Shown in pieces: positions 1 to 17,111 of a stretch of DNA of 64,000 nucleotides. Source of the DNA: the human T2T-CHM13v2.0 reference genome, Homo sapiens. A program made the position numbers and the translations under genes. The DNA lies in assembly GCF_009914755.1 (NCBI RefSeq), contig NC_060929.1. One strand, written 5' to 3'. The notes under the pieces are model-generated. The model did not search any database. It worked only from the letters and a program-made list of their open reading frames with translations, and had not been told where the DNA came from. Position 1 is the first letter of the stretch. The number at the start of each line of letters is the position of its first letter.

Positions 1-590
1 GCCGGCAGATCACTTGAGCCCGGGAGTTTGAGACCAGCCTGGGCAACAAGGTGAGACCCCCATCTCTACACAAAATAAAATATAAAATCAGCTGTGCATG
101 GTAGCACACGTCTGTAGTCCCAAAACTTGGGAGGCTAGGTGGGAGGATCACTTGAGTCCAGGAGGTGGTGGCTGCAGTGAGCTGTGATTGTGCCATTGCA
201 CTCCAGCCTGGATGACAGAGCGAGACCCTTAGAAAGTAGGAAAAGAATATATGAAAAAAAAATAAGTGATCAATTAATTACTCACCTGAATAGTGGGAAT
301 ACCAAAAGAGTAAAAAGAGAGTAACAGACAGTAGGAAGTTATCAAATAAATAATAGAAGGTAATTTCCCAGGCTTGATGGGAGACCCAAGAGCTCAGATT
401 GAAAATGCCCATTGAATACCCAGCCCAATGAATGTAGAGAGGTCTACACTTAGGAGAAAAGATCCTAAAAGCTACCAGAAAGATAGAAACTGTTACTATA
501 ACAGAAATAAGACACTAGCACCTTAACTATTAACCAATCTTAACAAACTAGAATAAAGGCCGGATGTGGTGGTTCATGCCTATAATCCTA

Positions 591-764
<174 letters not shown>

Positions 765-864
765 TCATTACTCCTTTGGGGTCCTGATTAAATCCTGTTG
801 ACTCAAGACCTTAGAGCATTTACTGGTAAAGTCTCTGACTGCGCGATTTTTTTTTGCATTTTAG

Positions 865-990
865 TTCCTTAAATATTTTCTCACTGCTTCCTACTAAAGG
901 ACGGACAGAGCATTTGTTCTTCAGCCACATACTTTCCTTCCACTGGCCAGCATTCTCCTCTATTAGACTAGAACTGTGGATAAACCTCAG
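865..990 (+). pseudogene. NAIP: NAIP 5'UTR exon (126 bp; normally spliced to the ATG exon)
   Basis: ttttag|TTCCTTAAAT...GGATAAACCTCAG|gtaagt; matches recalled NAIP mRNA immediately upstream of AAAATGGCC; contains no ATG. Confidence 0.85.
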
Positions 991-1390
991 GTAAGTAAAT
1001 TACTATCCCTGGCAAAGGTGCTTTTCTTCCACACCTAAACCTATGGTCCCTTCTTTGTCTTGCTATTGTTTCTCTCTTTGGAGGCAGGATGGTATGGAGG
1101 AAAGAGGACAGACACTGGAGTCACACAGACTTGGGTTTAAATCCTAGCTCCATGGCACAGTTGCCTCAATGGCACTCTTAGCACTGTAGTCAAAGAATAT
1201 TAGACCTGGAAAGGGCCTTGGAAATTACTTCTCCTCCCCCAGAAACAGCCTCTAGACTGGCATGATTGACCACCAAACTTCGTTGTGTCAGACAGGATCA
1301 ATGTCTGCTGGTCTGCTGCAACTCTGTACTCATTTATCTCTGGGGAGGCCTGAAGCCTTGGTGCTGTTCCTTGGCCAAACCTAAATGAAA

Positions 1391-1925
1391 TGTACTAGCC
1401 AGTGATTAATAGAGTCCTGTGCTGGGGTGGGAGACAGACCAGGGAGCAGCCTGTTTCTTGCTTCTTTCTTTCTTTTTGGAGATGAAATCTCATTGGCTTT
1501 GAACTTCTGGGCTCAAGTGATCCTCCCACTTCAGCCTCCCAAGTAGCTGGGATTACAGGTGCATGCCACTGCCCCAGCTTGACTATACCAGCTTGTTTCT
1601 GGTTTTGAGCCCTGGTATGCAAGCTAGTGTTGGCTACCTGATCAGAGGAGTATAAAAGAGCCTCAGATGAGGTTACAGTTCTCTTGAGACCAAGGTGTCT
1701 TGCATGTATCATCTAGCTGGTTCATTGCTTAAAGATGAAGCACATCTTCCACATCCTCTGTGGCTGCAAAAGGACCCTAGGAACTGGGTGTGGTGTTTCA
1801 CTTGCCTTTTGGTTTGTTGGGTTTTTTTTTTTTGTATCTATCCTTTACCTTTATTAAAGCCTTATGTGAGGATACTATGCGGAGTCTTCTAAGTCTTTTC
1901 AATGATCCAAACCTGTGTAATTGAT
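1391..1925 (+). mobile_element. Possible old ERVL-type solo LTR interrupted by an Alu monomer (~1468-1578)
   Basis: TG start, TATAAAA at 1651, ATTAAA at ~1853 and LTR-like 3' end; family not identified. Confidence 0.35.
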
Positions 1926-3868
1926 GAAGAGGGTACTGTGAATAGGATCATTACTTTTTTTTTGTTTTTGAGACAGGGTCTCTCTCACTCTGTCACCCAA
2001 GTTGAGTGCAGTATCTTGATCACAGCTCACTATAGCCTCAACCTCCTGGGCTCAAGAGATCCTCCCACCTCAGCCTCCCGAGTAGCTGGGTCTATAGGCG
2101 CACACCATCACGGCTGCCTAACTTTTAAAAAAATTATTTTGTAGAGCTGGAGTCTTACCATGTTGCCCAGGCTGGTCTCGAACTCCTGGGCTCAAGTGAT
2201 TTGCCTGCCTTGGCCTCCCAAAGTGGTGGGATTACAGGTGTGAGCAACTGCGCCTGGCCCCAGGTTTTTTTTTTTCTTTTTTTTTTTCGAGACAGGGTCT
2301 CACACTGTTGCCCAGGCTGTAGTGCAGTGGCACTGAAGCCTGAAACCTCTGCCTCCTGGGTTCAAACAGTTCTTGTGCCTCAGCCACCCGAGTAGCTGGG
2401 ATTACAGGCATGCACCACCACACCCGGCTAATTTGTTTGTATTTTTAGTAGAGATGGGGTTTCGCCATGTTGGCCAGGCTGGTCTTGAACTCCTGAACTC
2501 AAGTGATCCGCCCGTCCCAGCCTCCCGAAGTTCTGGGATTACAGGTGTGAGCCACTGCGCCTGGCCCCCCAGTTTTTTACTTTATAATTTAAATGATAGC
2601 TAAGGCTTTGTTTGGGAGAAAGATGAAAAGTGGGGAAAGATTTAGAGCCACTGGTGCCAGGCTAGTTGCTGGGGAATCCCTGTTTGAATTTGCTGAAGTG
2701 CTACAACTCTCAATGGGAAGAAAGGGATGACAATGGAACTTGAAGGTGGTTGATGCAGAGCAAGAGGAAATCGCTAAATAGATTTAAAAAGAAATCCAGA
2801 CACAGAGGAAGTCAGCCAAGAATACAGTTCCCTGGCTGGTTAGGCTGCTTTGGCAAAAATGAAAGTAACTAAAAAAGAGCCTGTGTTGCCAAGTCCACCA
2901 ATTTCCTTCTGTAAAGGGAAGGAACATGATGCCAAAGAGGAGTTGGGCAGATATTTCTTCTGATGGGAATGTGACCCTCATCGGGTAGATAATCACCAAC
3001 GAAACTACAGTGGGAGGGCATCAAGAGACAACTGAAACAGGGAACTACACAAGAGTGAAGTTGCCTGTGGACTGACAGAGCTTCCTGCAGAACCACTGCT
3101 GGGTTGGATATACATGAATGACAAAGGAGCTCTTTTCCTTGTATTAGGTACTGTCAAATGTACCTTCAAATGAAAGGGTGTGTTTGGTCTTAATTAGCTG
3201 AATTCGTTGAAGATCTTCAATTAGCTGCAGCTTTTGCCGGAATGTGGTTAGCTGGGCAAATTCCAAATCGGTTGAGCTGCACAAAGGTGGCAGTACATAA
3301 AACATATCTTGTAAAGGGGAACTGCCCAATTCCACCCATAATTGTTAGAAGAAATACTCCCTAGAGGTTACTGAAATGTTGAGAATGCAAACAAACACAT
3401 TTGGACTGGTTCTGTGATGAAACTAAGGTATCCCTTAATTTTATGTCTTTGACTTAAGTGATGATTGTTGCTGTGATAAGAGGGCCTCTACCTTCGTAGA
3501 CTTTTTGTATGACCCTACTACTGGGGGAGCAGGATGAAGTGAAAGCCTGTTGAAGACTTACTAGTTCCTTTGCTCCAAATTGTGCTGAATGATGAACAGA
3601 TTAATATCATTCAAAAGAAAGGAGGCCGGGTGTCCTGGCTTACACCTGTAATCCCAGCACTTTGAGAGGCTGAGGCAAGAGGATTGCTTAAGCCCAGGAA
3701 TCTGAGGCTACAGTGAGCTAGAATCATGCCACTGCACTTGTACTACAGCCTTGGCAACAGAGTGAGCCCTTGTCTCCTATTAAAAAAAAAAAAAAAAAAG
3801 GAAAGGGCTGGGCATGGTGGCTCACACCTGTAATCCTAGCACATTGGGAGGCCGAGGCGGGTGGATCA

Positions 3869-4198
<330 letters not shown>

Positions 4199-4537
4199 TA
4201 ATGTATCCTAGTCTTGATGAATTAAACAAATAAACCTTTAGGATGATGCAAAAGCAGAATCTACAGTCACTTTAAAGCAGTGTGATGTAAAGAAAAGGGT
4301 GGCAGAGTCTCTTGGTGCTATGGGACCCAAGGACATTTACATTGGTGTGGATAAAATGCCCGGAGTGGTGAAAAACTTTATTGTCATTGTTGGACCATGG
4401 TGCATAATGTATTGTTATACCTGCTAATAAAAAATTAAACGGCAATTAACTTAGTTTAGTATGACAATACAACTGTAAGTTTAAGAGTGAAAAATGGGCC
4501 AGGTGTGGTGGCTCAGGCCTGTAATCCCAGCACTTTA

Positions 4538-4756
<219 letters not shown>

Positions 4757-4799
4757 CTAGGTGACAGAGCAAGACCCTGTCTCAAGAAAAAAAAAAAGT

Positions 4800-5335
4800 G
4801 AAAAATGTCCATATAAAAACTTGCACACTAATGTGCACAGCGGTATTATTTATAATAGCCAAAAAGCGTAAACAATCCACACATCCATCAACTGGGTTGA
4901 GGAATAAAATATGGTATATGTGATAATAAAGTGTGGTATATCCACATAATGAAATATTATTTGACAATGAAAAGGAATATGAAGTACTAAAACAATACAA
5001 CATGGATGAATTTCGCTTCCTTTTTTTGTTGTTCTTTTTATTTTATTTTTTAAGCACCTCTACCAACATGAACATTTTGCAAAGTGAAAGCAACCAGACA
5101 CAAAGGACCACGTACTGTATGATTCAATTTATATGAAATGTCCCCAGTAGGCAAATCTATAGAGACAGAAAGTAACATAGTAGTTGCCTAGGGCTAGGAG
5201 GGTAATGGGGGACATGGAAAGCAACTGCTAATGGGCACAGCGTTTCTTTCTGGGGGGATGAAAATGTTCTAAAATTGATTGTGGTGGTGGTTGTGCATGT
5301 TTATGAATATGCTGATATTTATTGAACTGTACATT
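4800..5335 (+). mobile_element. L1M-type LINE-1 3' fragment
   Basis: Typical L1 3' phrases (tatttataatagccaaaaag, actgtatgattcaatttatatgaaatgtcc, tttctggggggatgaaaatgttctaaaattgatt). Confidence 0.8.
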
Positions 5336-5675
5336 TTATTTACTTTTTTTAGAGACAGAGCCTCACTCTGTTGTCCAGGCTGGAGTACAGTACTGCAATC
5401 ATAGCTCCCCGCAGCTTCATATTCCTGGGCTCAAGAGATCCTTCCACCTCAGCCTCCCACGTAGTTAGGACTACAGGCACATGCCACCATGCCCTGCTAA
5501 GTTTTCGTTTTCTTTAAAAAAAAGTTTTTTAGAGACAGGGTCTAGCTATGTTGCCCAGGCTGATCTCAACTCCTGGTCTCAAGCAATCCTCCCGCCTTGG
5601 CCTCAAGAGCATTGGGGTTATAGGTATGAGTCACCGCACCCTCAGTTGTTCATTTTAAATGGGTGAATTTTATGA

Positions 5676-5869
<194 letters not shown>

Positions 5870-7077
5870 TAGTAGAGATGGGGTTTCACCATGTTGGCAA
5901 GGCTAGTCTTGAACTCCTGGCCTCAGCCCCCCAAAGTGCTGGGATTATAGGTGTAAGCCACCACAGCCAGCCCCAACTAGCTGGGACTACAAGCACGTGC
6001 CACCACACCTGACTAATTTCTTTTTTTTTTTTTTTTTTTTTGTATTTTTAGTAGAGATGGGGTTTTGCCATGTTGGCCAGGCTGGTCTCAAACTCCTGAC
6101 CTCAGGTGATCCACCCACCTCGGCCTCCTAAAGTGCTGAGATTACAGGCATGAGCCACTGCTCCCGATGGATTATATTTCAATATAATTCAATTATGCAA
6201 TATAATTGCATAATTGTTATCATCTCTCCCTGATATATTATCGGAATGGATGTGACATCTGAATGGGGATGCTGTTGAGGAAAGAGATTTCATGAAATGT
6301 ACAGTGAGTGGCATAATTGTGGCTCACTGTAACCTTGAATTCTTGGGCTCAAGTGATCCTTCTGCCTCTGCTCCCCGAGTAGCTGGGACTACAGGCATGT
6401 GCCACCACATCTGGCTAATTTTTGTAATTTTAGTAGAGATGCGGTTTCATCATGTTGCCCAGGCTGGTCCGAAATTCCTGGCCTCAAGTGATCCACCTTG
6501 GATTCCCAAAGTGCTAGGATTACAAGCATGAGCCACCTGTGCCTGACCAAGATTTGTTGTTTTCTTTCTTTTTTTTTTTTTTTTTTTTGAGAGTGAGTTT
6601 TGCTCTGTTGCCCAGACTGGAGCCCAGACTGGAGTTTAGTGGTGCAATCTCAGCTCACTGCAACCTCCACCTCTCAGACTCAAGCAATCCTCCCACCTCA
6701 GCGTCCTGAGTAGCTGGGACCACAGGTGCCTACCACCATGCCCAGCTAATTTTCATATCTTTTATAGCGACAAGGTTTCACTTTGTTGCCCAGGCTGGTC
6801 TGGAACTCCTGGTTATACAAACTCCTGGACTCAAGTGATCCTCCCACCTCAGCCTCCCAAAGTGCTGGGATTACAGGCATAAGCCACTGTGCTCAGCCCC
6901 TTAAGATTTTTAATTCGTAGATTTCCTCTTTATCCATCTCTTTTTTCTTGTCACTTATTTGTTAAAGAAGCCATGTAATCTGTCCTGTAAAATTCCCTCT
7001 ACTCTAGATTTGGCAGAATGTGTTCCTCTGGCATAGTCTAACATGTTCCTCTACCTTCTGCATTTCCAGGAACCTGA

Positions 7078-7257
<180 letters not shown>

Positions 7258-7524
7258 TAGGTGCGCACTGCCACACCTGACTAGTTTTTGTATTTTTAGT
7301 AGAGACGGGGTTTCTCCATATTTGCGAGGCTGGTCTCGAACTCCTGACTTCAGGCAGTCCACCTGCCTCGGCCTCCCAAAGTGCTGGGATTATAGGCATG
7401 AGCCACCGTGCCCAGCCTCAGATTCTATTTTCTTTAACAAATATTTGTCACACACCTACTACATGCAAAGTTGTTGGTTGGATACTAAATTAACTACAAA
7501 ACTGGACACAGTTATTTACATTTA

Positions 7525-8166
<642 letters not shown>

Positions 8167-9174
8167 TCACTCCACTGCACAGCAGCCTGGGCAACAGAGT
8201 GAGACTCCATCTCAAAAGAAAAAAAAAGTGAATGGATATCTTTGGTATGTTTTGATACGTTGTGTGGGAAAGCAATATGCACAATAAGTGCAGTGTGAGA
8301 CTTTGAAAATGTTTAAAACCACTCAAACTATATATGGAGTTGCTTGAAAATATATAGAAAACCTTATGAAAATATGTAAACCAAACTGTAGATACTTCTG
8401 GATCTGGATTTGTCAGGGGGTGAAGTAGTGATGGATTTTCACATTTATTTTGTTCATTGCTGTCTTGTTTAAATTTTTGGAAACAAGTATATATTACTTT
8501 CATAGTTGAAAAGAAAGTGAGGAGATTAGGAGGGAGGAAGTAAACAAGGGAGGAGAGGAGAAAGGCAGGAAGAGGAGAGAGAGAAAGTTAGACAAGTAGA
8601 TGAGATGGTTATAGGGACGAATGAAGCTAGAATTGAGAAATCATTTGACAGTCACTCTGGCTCCCTGACGAATCAAAACAGCCACCCAGGCAGTCCTTGT
8701 CCATGCTGACAGTGCACCATATATGCATATGTAACAGGGAACAGCAGCCCCGGCTGGAGCACAAGCCGCTGCTCGTGGGCACCTGTCTCAGCTCTAGCCT
8801 CAGCTCAGGCTTCACTTAGCCTCAGGGTCACTGTGTTTAGTGTCGCTGGGTTATACACTGGACAAGTACCAGTGGCACCACTCACACATGATCACATTAT
8901 CATGTGACTAGCACCTACTAGAGCCGCACATCCTGTCTGCAGGGGCCTTCATATGCCTTCTCTAACATAGTCAGAGGGTAAGGTAATAAGCACAGGGAGG
9001 GGAGACAGCAGTCCAGCAACCACTCCTAGAGAGGAAGGAGTTCAGGCCAGCAAACAAGGGCAGGGGGTAGTGCAGAGGCTTAGGAGATAGAGCCAGGCTT
9101 GAATCTGCTGCTACCTGACTACCAGACCCTAGGCAGGTGACTGACCTTGTCTGAATCTCATATGTAAAATGCAG

Positions 9175-9937
9175 TGTCAACAACAACAAAAAAATTAGAG
9201 ACAGATATCCCCAAATATGTCAAATTTATTCAGGAATAAGAAAAGAGGGTTATGATTTGGAATGCACTACTGTAAACCACAGGCACGTGCAGTGAGGGAA
9301 GAGTAAAGGGAATTTTTCTTGGCAAAAGGGAGAAGTTCACATAAGCTGCTTAGAAACAGAGTTCATAGCTGGGCATGGTAGCTCATACGTGTAATCACAG
9401 CTATGTGGGAGGCTGAGGCGGGAGGGTCTTTGGAGGCCAGGAGTTTGAGACCAGCCTGGGCAATGTGATGAGGCTCCAGTTTCTTTAGAGAGAGAGGAGA
9501 GAGGGGAGAGGGGAGAGGAGAGAGAAGACAGGGGACGGGGGAGAGGGGAGAGGAGAGAGGGCAGAAGAGAATTCCTTGGTTCTGAAGGCTCAAAGCCTTC
9601 TTGTGTGTTCTTGTGTGTTCATTGGTGGAGATGCTGTTCCTGGGCAGGTGTTCTTTTGACAGCATCTCATCTCATGTTATCTTATCTGAATTGCTGCAGT
9701 CCAAAAGAATGTGCAGTGATAAACCTTGCCATAGAAATATGTGCGTACATGCAAGCAATGCAAAGCAGGAGATGCGTGACAGGCGTGAAGGGATTTCTTA
9801 TGGGATTCTTAGAAAGTCTTTGGAACCGTTCCTGTCTTGGACATGAAAGCCTGAACCCCACTCCTTCGTGCCTTCCCAGCCCTATTTTGTGTGGGTCTGA
9901 TAAAAGTGATTTCATCTTGGTATCTGCGACTTCCACA
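9175..9937 (-). mobile_element. ERV1-class solo LTR (MER67/MER89-like) with an Alu monomer and GA-rich tail inserted at ~9367-9570
   Basis: Minus strand begins TGTGGAAGTCGCAGATACCAAGATGAAATCACTTTT and ends ...TGACA, with AATAAA near its 3' end; subfamily uncertain. Confidence 0.55.
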
Positions 9938-10496
9938 GCAGATAATAATGTACAGCTTGTCTGGTGGTTGTAAGGATGAGAAACAAAGTATATGGATCAA
10001 ATGCTTTGTAAAAATTACCATGTATAATGTGAGGATGACAGATGACCAACTGTTTTGCCTTTCATTTGTTTGTCGTCATAAGCACATGGTCAGTCAATAA
10101 AATCTAAGAGCTGGAATTAGAGCAAGAATCCCCAAGTTTCTTGTTGGGTTACTCTGTCTTTAGCTTTCTGGACTTCAATTTGTTGCTTCTTTTTATCAAC
10201 TGTCAACAAAATGAGTATACCCTTACACTTTTTAAAATGTGGCACTCCATAAATGTAAGATGATTTTATGGTAACTTTTTAAGGTACTGAGTTCCTCCTC
10301 AATCCATATAAATCATGAGGACAGGGAACCACCCCGTGCATTGTGTGCCATGTAGGTTATGTGCAGACTTACGGCAATCCTTGGAAACATTTATACACCT
10401 GAAAACTGGGGACCCTGGCTGCCTATCACATAGAATCATGGCCCTGGGGAAATATGCAGATCATCTGATGGCATCCATGTTCTCCTGTGATTATAA

Positions 10497-10949
<453 letters not shown>

Positions 10950-11029
10950 TAAAAGTTAATTTTAAAACTGCTTCTCTTTTATGGGAAAGGAATATGTTTT
11001 TAAATGGTATTCAGTGTGCTCTTTTTTAA

Positions 11030-11302
<273 letters not shown>

Positions 11303-12085
11303 TGATCCACCTGTCTCGGCCTCCCAAAGTGCTGGGATTCCAGGCGTGAGCCATCACGCCTGGCCTAATAGCCATTACTTTTTAATGCATGGTAATTTTT
11401 TGTTCAGTAGATAAATATATTGTTATCTTAAAAAGATTTTTTGTATTTACTTTTGAGACTGGGTCTCAGTCTGTTGCCCAGGCTGGAGTGTAGCAGCCTG
11501 ATCATGGCTCAGTGCAGCCTCTACCTCCCCGGGCTCAGGTGATCCTCCCCCTTCAGCCTCCTGAGTAGCTGGGACTACAGAGGTGTGGCACCATGCCCGG
11601 CTAATTTTTGTATTTTTTGTGGAGATGGGGTTTTGCCATGTTGCCCAGGCTAGTCTTGAACTCCTGGATGTGAGCCACTGCGTCTGGCCTATTATTTTAA
11701 ATATAGTTCTCTTTACTGCCAGTAGCTTTCATATAACCCTAGCGACTAGATTTAGTCACCACTGCTTAATTCCAAAAAACAAAAGCTCCATCCTATATTT
11801 ACTGTAAATCAGTCTCTTTGATTGTATTGCATGTTTTATTTCAAGAAAAAAGTTAACCTGAAGATTTAATTTTAAATAACTACACATGTTGTCACTAATA
11901 GAAATAACAAATAATTATATGAGAATAATGGTAATTCTCCTAAGTTTTGTGGTAAATTTTTTGGCAATTTTATTGAAGTATAATAAAATTCAACAATTCA
12001 ATACGTCTTTATAAATGTTCATTGTGATATAGGACAGCTCTATCACAGTACTGGGGTAAATTTTAATTATATTTATTAATTACAG

Positions 12086-12167
12086 ATGTGAATTTCTTCG
12101 GAGTAAGAAATCCTCAGAGGAAATTACCCAGTATATTCAAAGCTACAAGGGATTTGTTGACATAACG
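12086..12167 (+). pseudogene. NAIP: NAIP coding exon (82 bp; BIR2 end/linker)
   Basis: tacag|ATGTGAATTT...GACATAACG|gtaatg; encodes CEFLRSKKSSEEITQYIQSYKGFVDIT. Confidence 0.93.
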
Positions 12168-12905
12168 GTAATGTATAACAGCAATTTTTTTCTCAAGTTT
12201 TTGGATTACCTGTAAGTGTCTGACTCAGAAGGGCATAGGCATTCTTTTTATGTCATGGGTTTGATTTCTTTCTTCCTTTCTCCTTTCATTCCCCTGGCTC
12301 CCATCTTCAAAGTGAAAAATATCACATTCACTTGCTGACCTAGAGCCTTTTTCTTTTTCCAGGGCTGGCTTCTGACGGGCTCTGCTTGCCTTCCTGATAG
12401 TCTTCCCCTTTATGAATGAAGCCACTTGCCCCAGCTTCCCTCTGCTGCCCCTATCTGCAGGCTTGCTAAGATCTCCTGACCTAGGCGCTGTCACCCACAG
12501 TGGGCTGCAGAGCTGGCTCTTCCTAGCTGGCTAACTATCCTGAATCAGTAAAAATTTCCTAGTGGAGAGTGATGGGAAATCGAATCCAAACTGGCTTAAA
12601 CAAAAATGAGAATTTATTGATTAACATGACTCAGGAGACCAGAACTCTATAGAGAACATGGCCTGACAGTGGGGGAAGAGAGGTGTTTCCTCAAAAAGAA
12701 ACTGGGTGCAGCTTTCCCAGAAGAATCAGTTGCTCAATATATAATACCCTGATGAATTTAGTTACCATTCTATGTCTCTTACTTCCTCATTCGTCAAAGT
12801 ACATCTGTGATATTTAAATGCAGGTCTGTTTTCAAGGTCAGTTTCCGGAAACAGTGACCCTGAGAAGGCTTCCTCCTGAGTATGCATAAACATTCACAGC
12901 TTGCA

Positions 12906-12908
<3 letters not shown>

Positions 12909-12948
<40 letters not shown>
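12909..12948. repeat. (GT)20 microsatellite
   Basis: Direct reading of sequence. Confidence 0.98.
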
Positions 12949-12952
<4 letters not shown>

Positions 12953-13225
12953 TTGCTTGCACTGCATAAAAACAATTGCAACATCAACAGAAATAAAAAT
13001 TAAAGGAATAATTCTCCTCCGACTCTGCCGTTCCATCCAGTGAAACTCTTCATTCTGGGGTAAAGTTCCTTCAGTTCTTGTTCATAGATAGGTATATACT
13101 TCATAAGTCAAACAATCAGGCTGGGCGCAGTAGCTCATGCCTGTAATCCCAGCCCTTTGGGAGGCCGAGCTGGGCAGATCACTTGAGATCAGGTGTTCGA
13201 GACCAGCCTCAAGACCTCCAACATG

Positions 13226-13646
<421 letters not shown>

Positions 13647-13792
13647 TCACTTGAACCCAGGAGGCGGAGGTTGCAGTGAGACGAGAACCTGCCACTGCAC
13701 TTCAGCCTGAGCAACAGAGTGAGACTCTGCCTCAAAAAAAAAAAAAAAAAAAAAGTCAGATAATCAACAACTTGAATTTTAATTTCCCTCAG

Positions 13793-13844
13793 GGAGAACA
13801 TTTTGTGAATTCCTGGGTCCAGAGAGAATTACCTATGGCATCAG
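13793..13844 (+). pseudogene. NAIP: NAIP coding exon (52 bp)
   Basis: ccctcag|GGAGAACAT...ATGGCATCAG|gtaaaa; [17 protein letters not shown]. Confidence 0.93.
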
Positions 13845-14118
13845 GTAAAAACTCAAACATTTTCCAAAGGCTTTGCTTGTTTATTTCTTCTTTTGATTTT
13901 TTGTCCCTATCTCTTTTTGTCGTCCCCCCCGCCCCGCCCCGTTTATTTTGAAGCAAACTCTAGACATCATTCCATCTGTAACTGTGAAGGGACAACTTGA
14001 ACGCTGATACTTGCAATATCAAAGCCTACTGGTCTCTTTAATTTGTGCAGCAGCAATAAAGATATAGAAAAAAAAAAGACTAAAGCCTGCTGGTCTCACC
14101 TTGTGCTTTTTATTCAAG

Positions 14119-14238
14119 CTTATTGCAATGACAGCATCTTTGCTTACGAAGAACTACGGCTGGACTCTTTTAAGGACTGGCCCCGGGAATCAGCTGTGGG
14201 AGTTGCAGCACTGGCCAAAGCAGGTCTTTTCTACACAG
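14119..14238 (+). pseudogene. NAIP: NAIP coding exon (120 bp; BIR3 N-half)
   Basis: ttcaag|CTTATTGC...TACACAG|gtgagt; AYCNDSIFAYEELRLDSFKDWPRESAVGVAALAKAGLFYTG (BIR RLxSF..W and AGFY-type motifs). Confidence 0.95.
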
Positions 14239-15063
14239 GTGAGTCAGTAGGTTGTGCCCACTTGCTTGCTTGACCTTTAATTCCCACATAGACTTTATGC
14301 TCCTGGGCTTACGTTTAGCTACACTCAGCAATGTCCACTAGCTTCAGCGTTTCTTTTTCTTTTCTTTTTTTTTCCCCCTTGGAGACAGAGTTGCCCAGGC
14401 TGGAATGCAGATCTTGGCTCACTGCAACCTCCACCTCCTGGGTTCAAGAGATTCTCCTTCCTCAGCCTCTGGAGTAGCTGGAACCACAGGCGCCTGCCAC
14501 CACGCCCAGCTACTTTTTTGTATTTTTAGTAGAGACAGGGTTTCACCATGCTAGTCAGAATGCTCTTGATCTCCTGATCTCGTGATCTGCCCGCCTTGGC
14601 CTCCCAAATGCTGGGATTACAGGTGTGAGCCATCGCGCCAGGCCTCTCTTCAGCATTTCTTATAGATTCGTTTTCTTTTCTTTCTATTTTTTTTGAGACA
14701 TGGTCATCCAGGCTGGAGGGCAGTGGCGAGATCATGGCTCACTGCAGCCTCAACCTCCTGGGCTCAAGTAATCCTCCTGCCTTGGCCTCCCAAAATGCTG
14801 GGATTACAGGTGTGAGCCACTGCACCTGGCATACATCTCTTTTCTTTCCTGCATCATAAATCCTCTCCCAGTTTTCTATTCCTCCCTTAGGTGGTAAACC
14901 TTCAAATTTGAAACCTTAAGGTCTGGACTAACAATGAATACAAGTATTCTATTTGTGATAATTATCATGTCTTTTCTTTCTACACATTACTCTCCTCACC
15001 TCTTGTCCCCTGACAAAGTGCTCCTAGAAACTGTCACAGGACACTTCTGCTTATATTTCTTTA

Positions 15064-15364
<301 letters not shown>

Positions 15365-15369
15365 TCAAA

Positions 15370-15415
15370 AATAATAATAATAATAATAATAATTATTATT
15401 ATTATTATTATTATT
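15370..15415. repeat. (AAT)n(ATT)n perfect 46-bp palindrome in an Alu tail
   Basis: Base-by-base pairing around the centre 15392/15393. Confidence 0.95.
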
Positions 15416-17111
15416 AGTCAGATGACCATACCTAGCTGTAAGAGGAGCTGGGAAACCTAATCTTTTTCCTGGGTGACAATGTGCCCAGCTAAATATTGGG
15501 ATTTCTATTAGTATGGAAGGATTTGAGATAATAGGAACATGGATAGCAATCTTTGCCACATTCTGCCTGCAGGAGAAAATCAGGAAATTAATTTTCATGA
15601 TTCCTAAACACGTAGAGCCTTCCACCAGATTGTGGCATTTTCTCTTTAGCTGCTGGTCATTAGGAAGCACCTCTGCAATCTATAAATGATGGGCTGGTTC
15701 CTGTCAGCTAAATCTCTGCCTGAAATACAAGATGATCAGGGAAAGGTTCCTAGGTACCTTGCTGGTCTTGCTCAAACCGAACACATGCATAAGTTACAGT
15801 GGAGGTTAATGCAGATCTTTAACTGAGAGATCAAGTAGTTGTCACAAATACCATAGAGCAACACAGAGAAGCAGAATATAGTTGTCACTCTACCTAACAG
15901 ACATGTGCCATTGGAAAAAAAAAATCTGACTGCCTCACAATCTTAAGCCTTTGGAAAGAGTGTTTGCCATTTCTCCCTACTCTACTGTGTCTTCCTCTTG
16001 TCAGCCTTCCGCAAGACCCCTCTGACCAGTGTGCTCCCCCTCTTCCTTTCCAATCCTCCACCACTCCACACAAATCCTAATCATCTCTGACTGTTTTCAG
16101 ATCTTGCAAGCTCTAGGATCTCATATTTCTGGGAGGCTTTCCTCTGCCCCAGCTTTCCCAGAGTGGAAGGAAGATGAGAAATGCTCTGTTTCTAGTTTGA
16201 TCCTTTTGCAGAGCTAAATACCAATTTCTTTCCAAAGAAATATAATTTCACAAAGAGACTTAATCCTATTTCTGGTGTAATAAACATGGCAATAATGTGG
16301 TAAGAGGCAATTAATTCTTCATGCATTCACTTACATAAGGGCTGCTAGATTTGCTGGTATTTTTTTTTCCGTGAGCTCTAAATATATTCTTTCTGATTCA
16401 TTCATTAAACGAATACTAATTGAGTGCCACATGAGTGTCAAGCACTTTTCTAGGTTCATGTCATTCATTAGTGAGCAAAAACCTCTACCCTCATAGAGCT
16501 TATTTTTATTTTTATTTTTTGAGACAGTTTCACTCTTGTTGCCCAGGCTGGAGTGCAATGGCGTTATCTTGGTTCACTGCAACCTCCGTCTCCTGGGTTC
16601 AAGCGATTCTTGTGCCTCAGCCTCCTGAGTAGCTGGCATTACAGGCATGTGCCACCATGCCCAGCTAATTTTTGTATTTTTAGTAGAGACAGGGTTTCAC
16701 CGTGTTGGCCAGGCTGGTCTCAGACTCCTGACCTCAGGAGATCCGCTGGCCTTGGCCTCCCAAAGTGCTGGGATTACAGGCATGAGCCACTGCGCCCAGC
16801 CCCCTCATGGAGCTTCAATTCCAGATTCTGGTTGCCAATCTGTTTGTTGATCAAAGGAGAATGGGGCAGAGGGATGGTGTGCATCAAAGTGCATGGTGTG
16901 TAGGAGCATTCAATGACTACTTGCCAGTTACCCCATTGGTGGACAGAGTCTTATATAGAAAATTGCCTCACTGGTAACCAACTTCTGACTGTCACAAAAC
17001 CCAACTGGAGACTGAATAGGCTTTCACTATTACAGGTCTGGTGGTTATTATCTGCATGTTAATGGACAGATGCCCATGCCAGTGGCACTGATCAAGTTTC
17101 CTTACTTTTAG

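Noticed and set aside
6190-6216. 12-bp hairpin caattatgcaat-ata-attgcataattg
   Set aside because: Short AT-rich inverted repeat with no supporting context.
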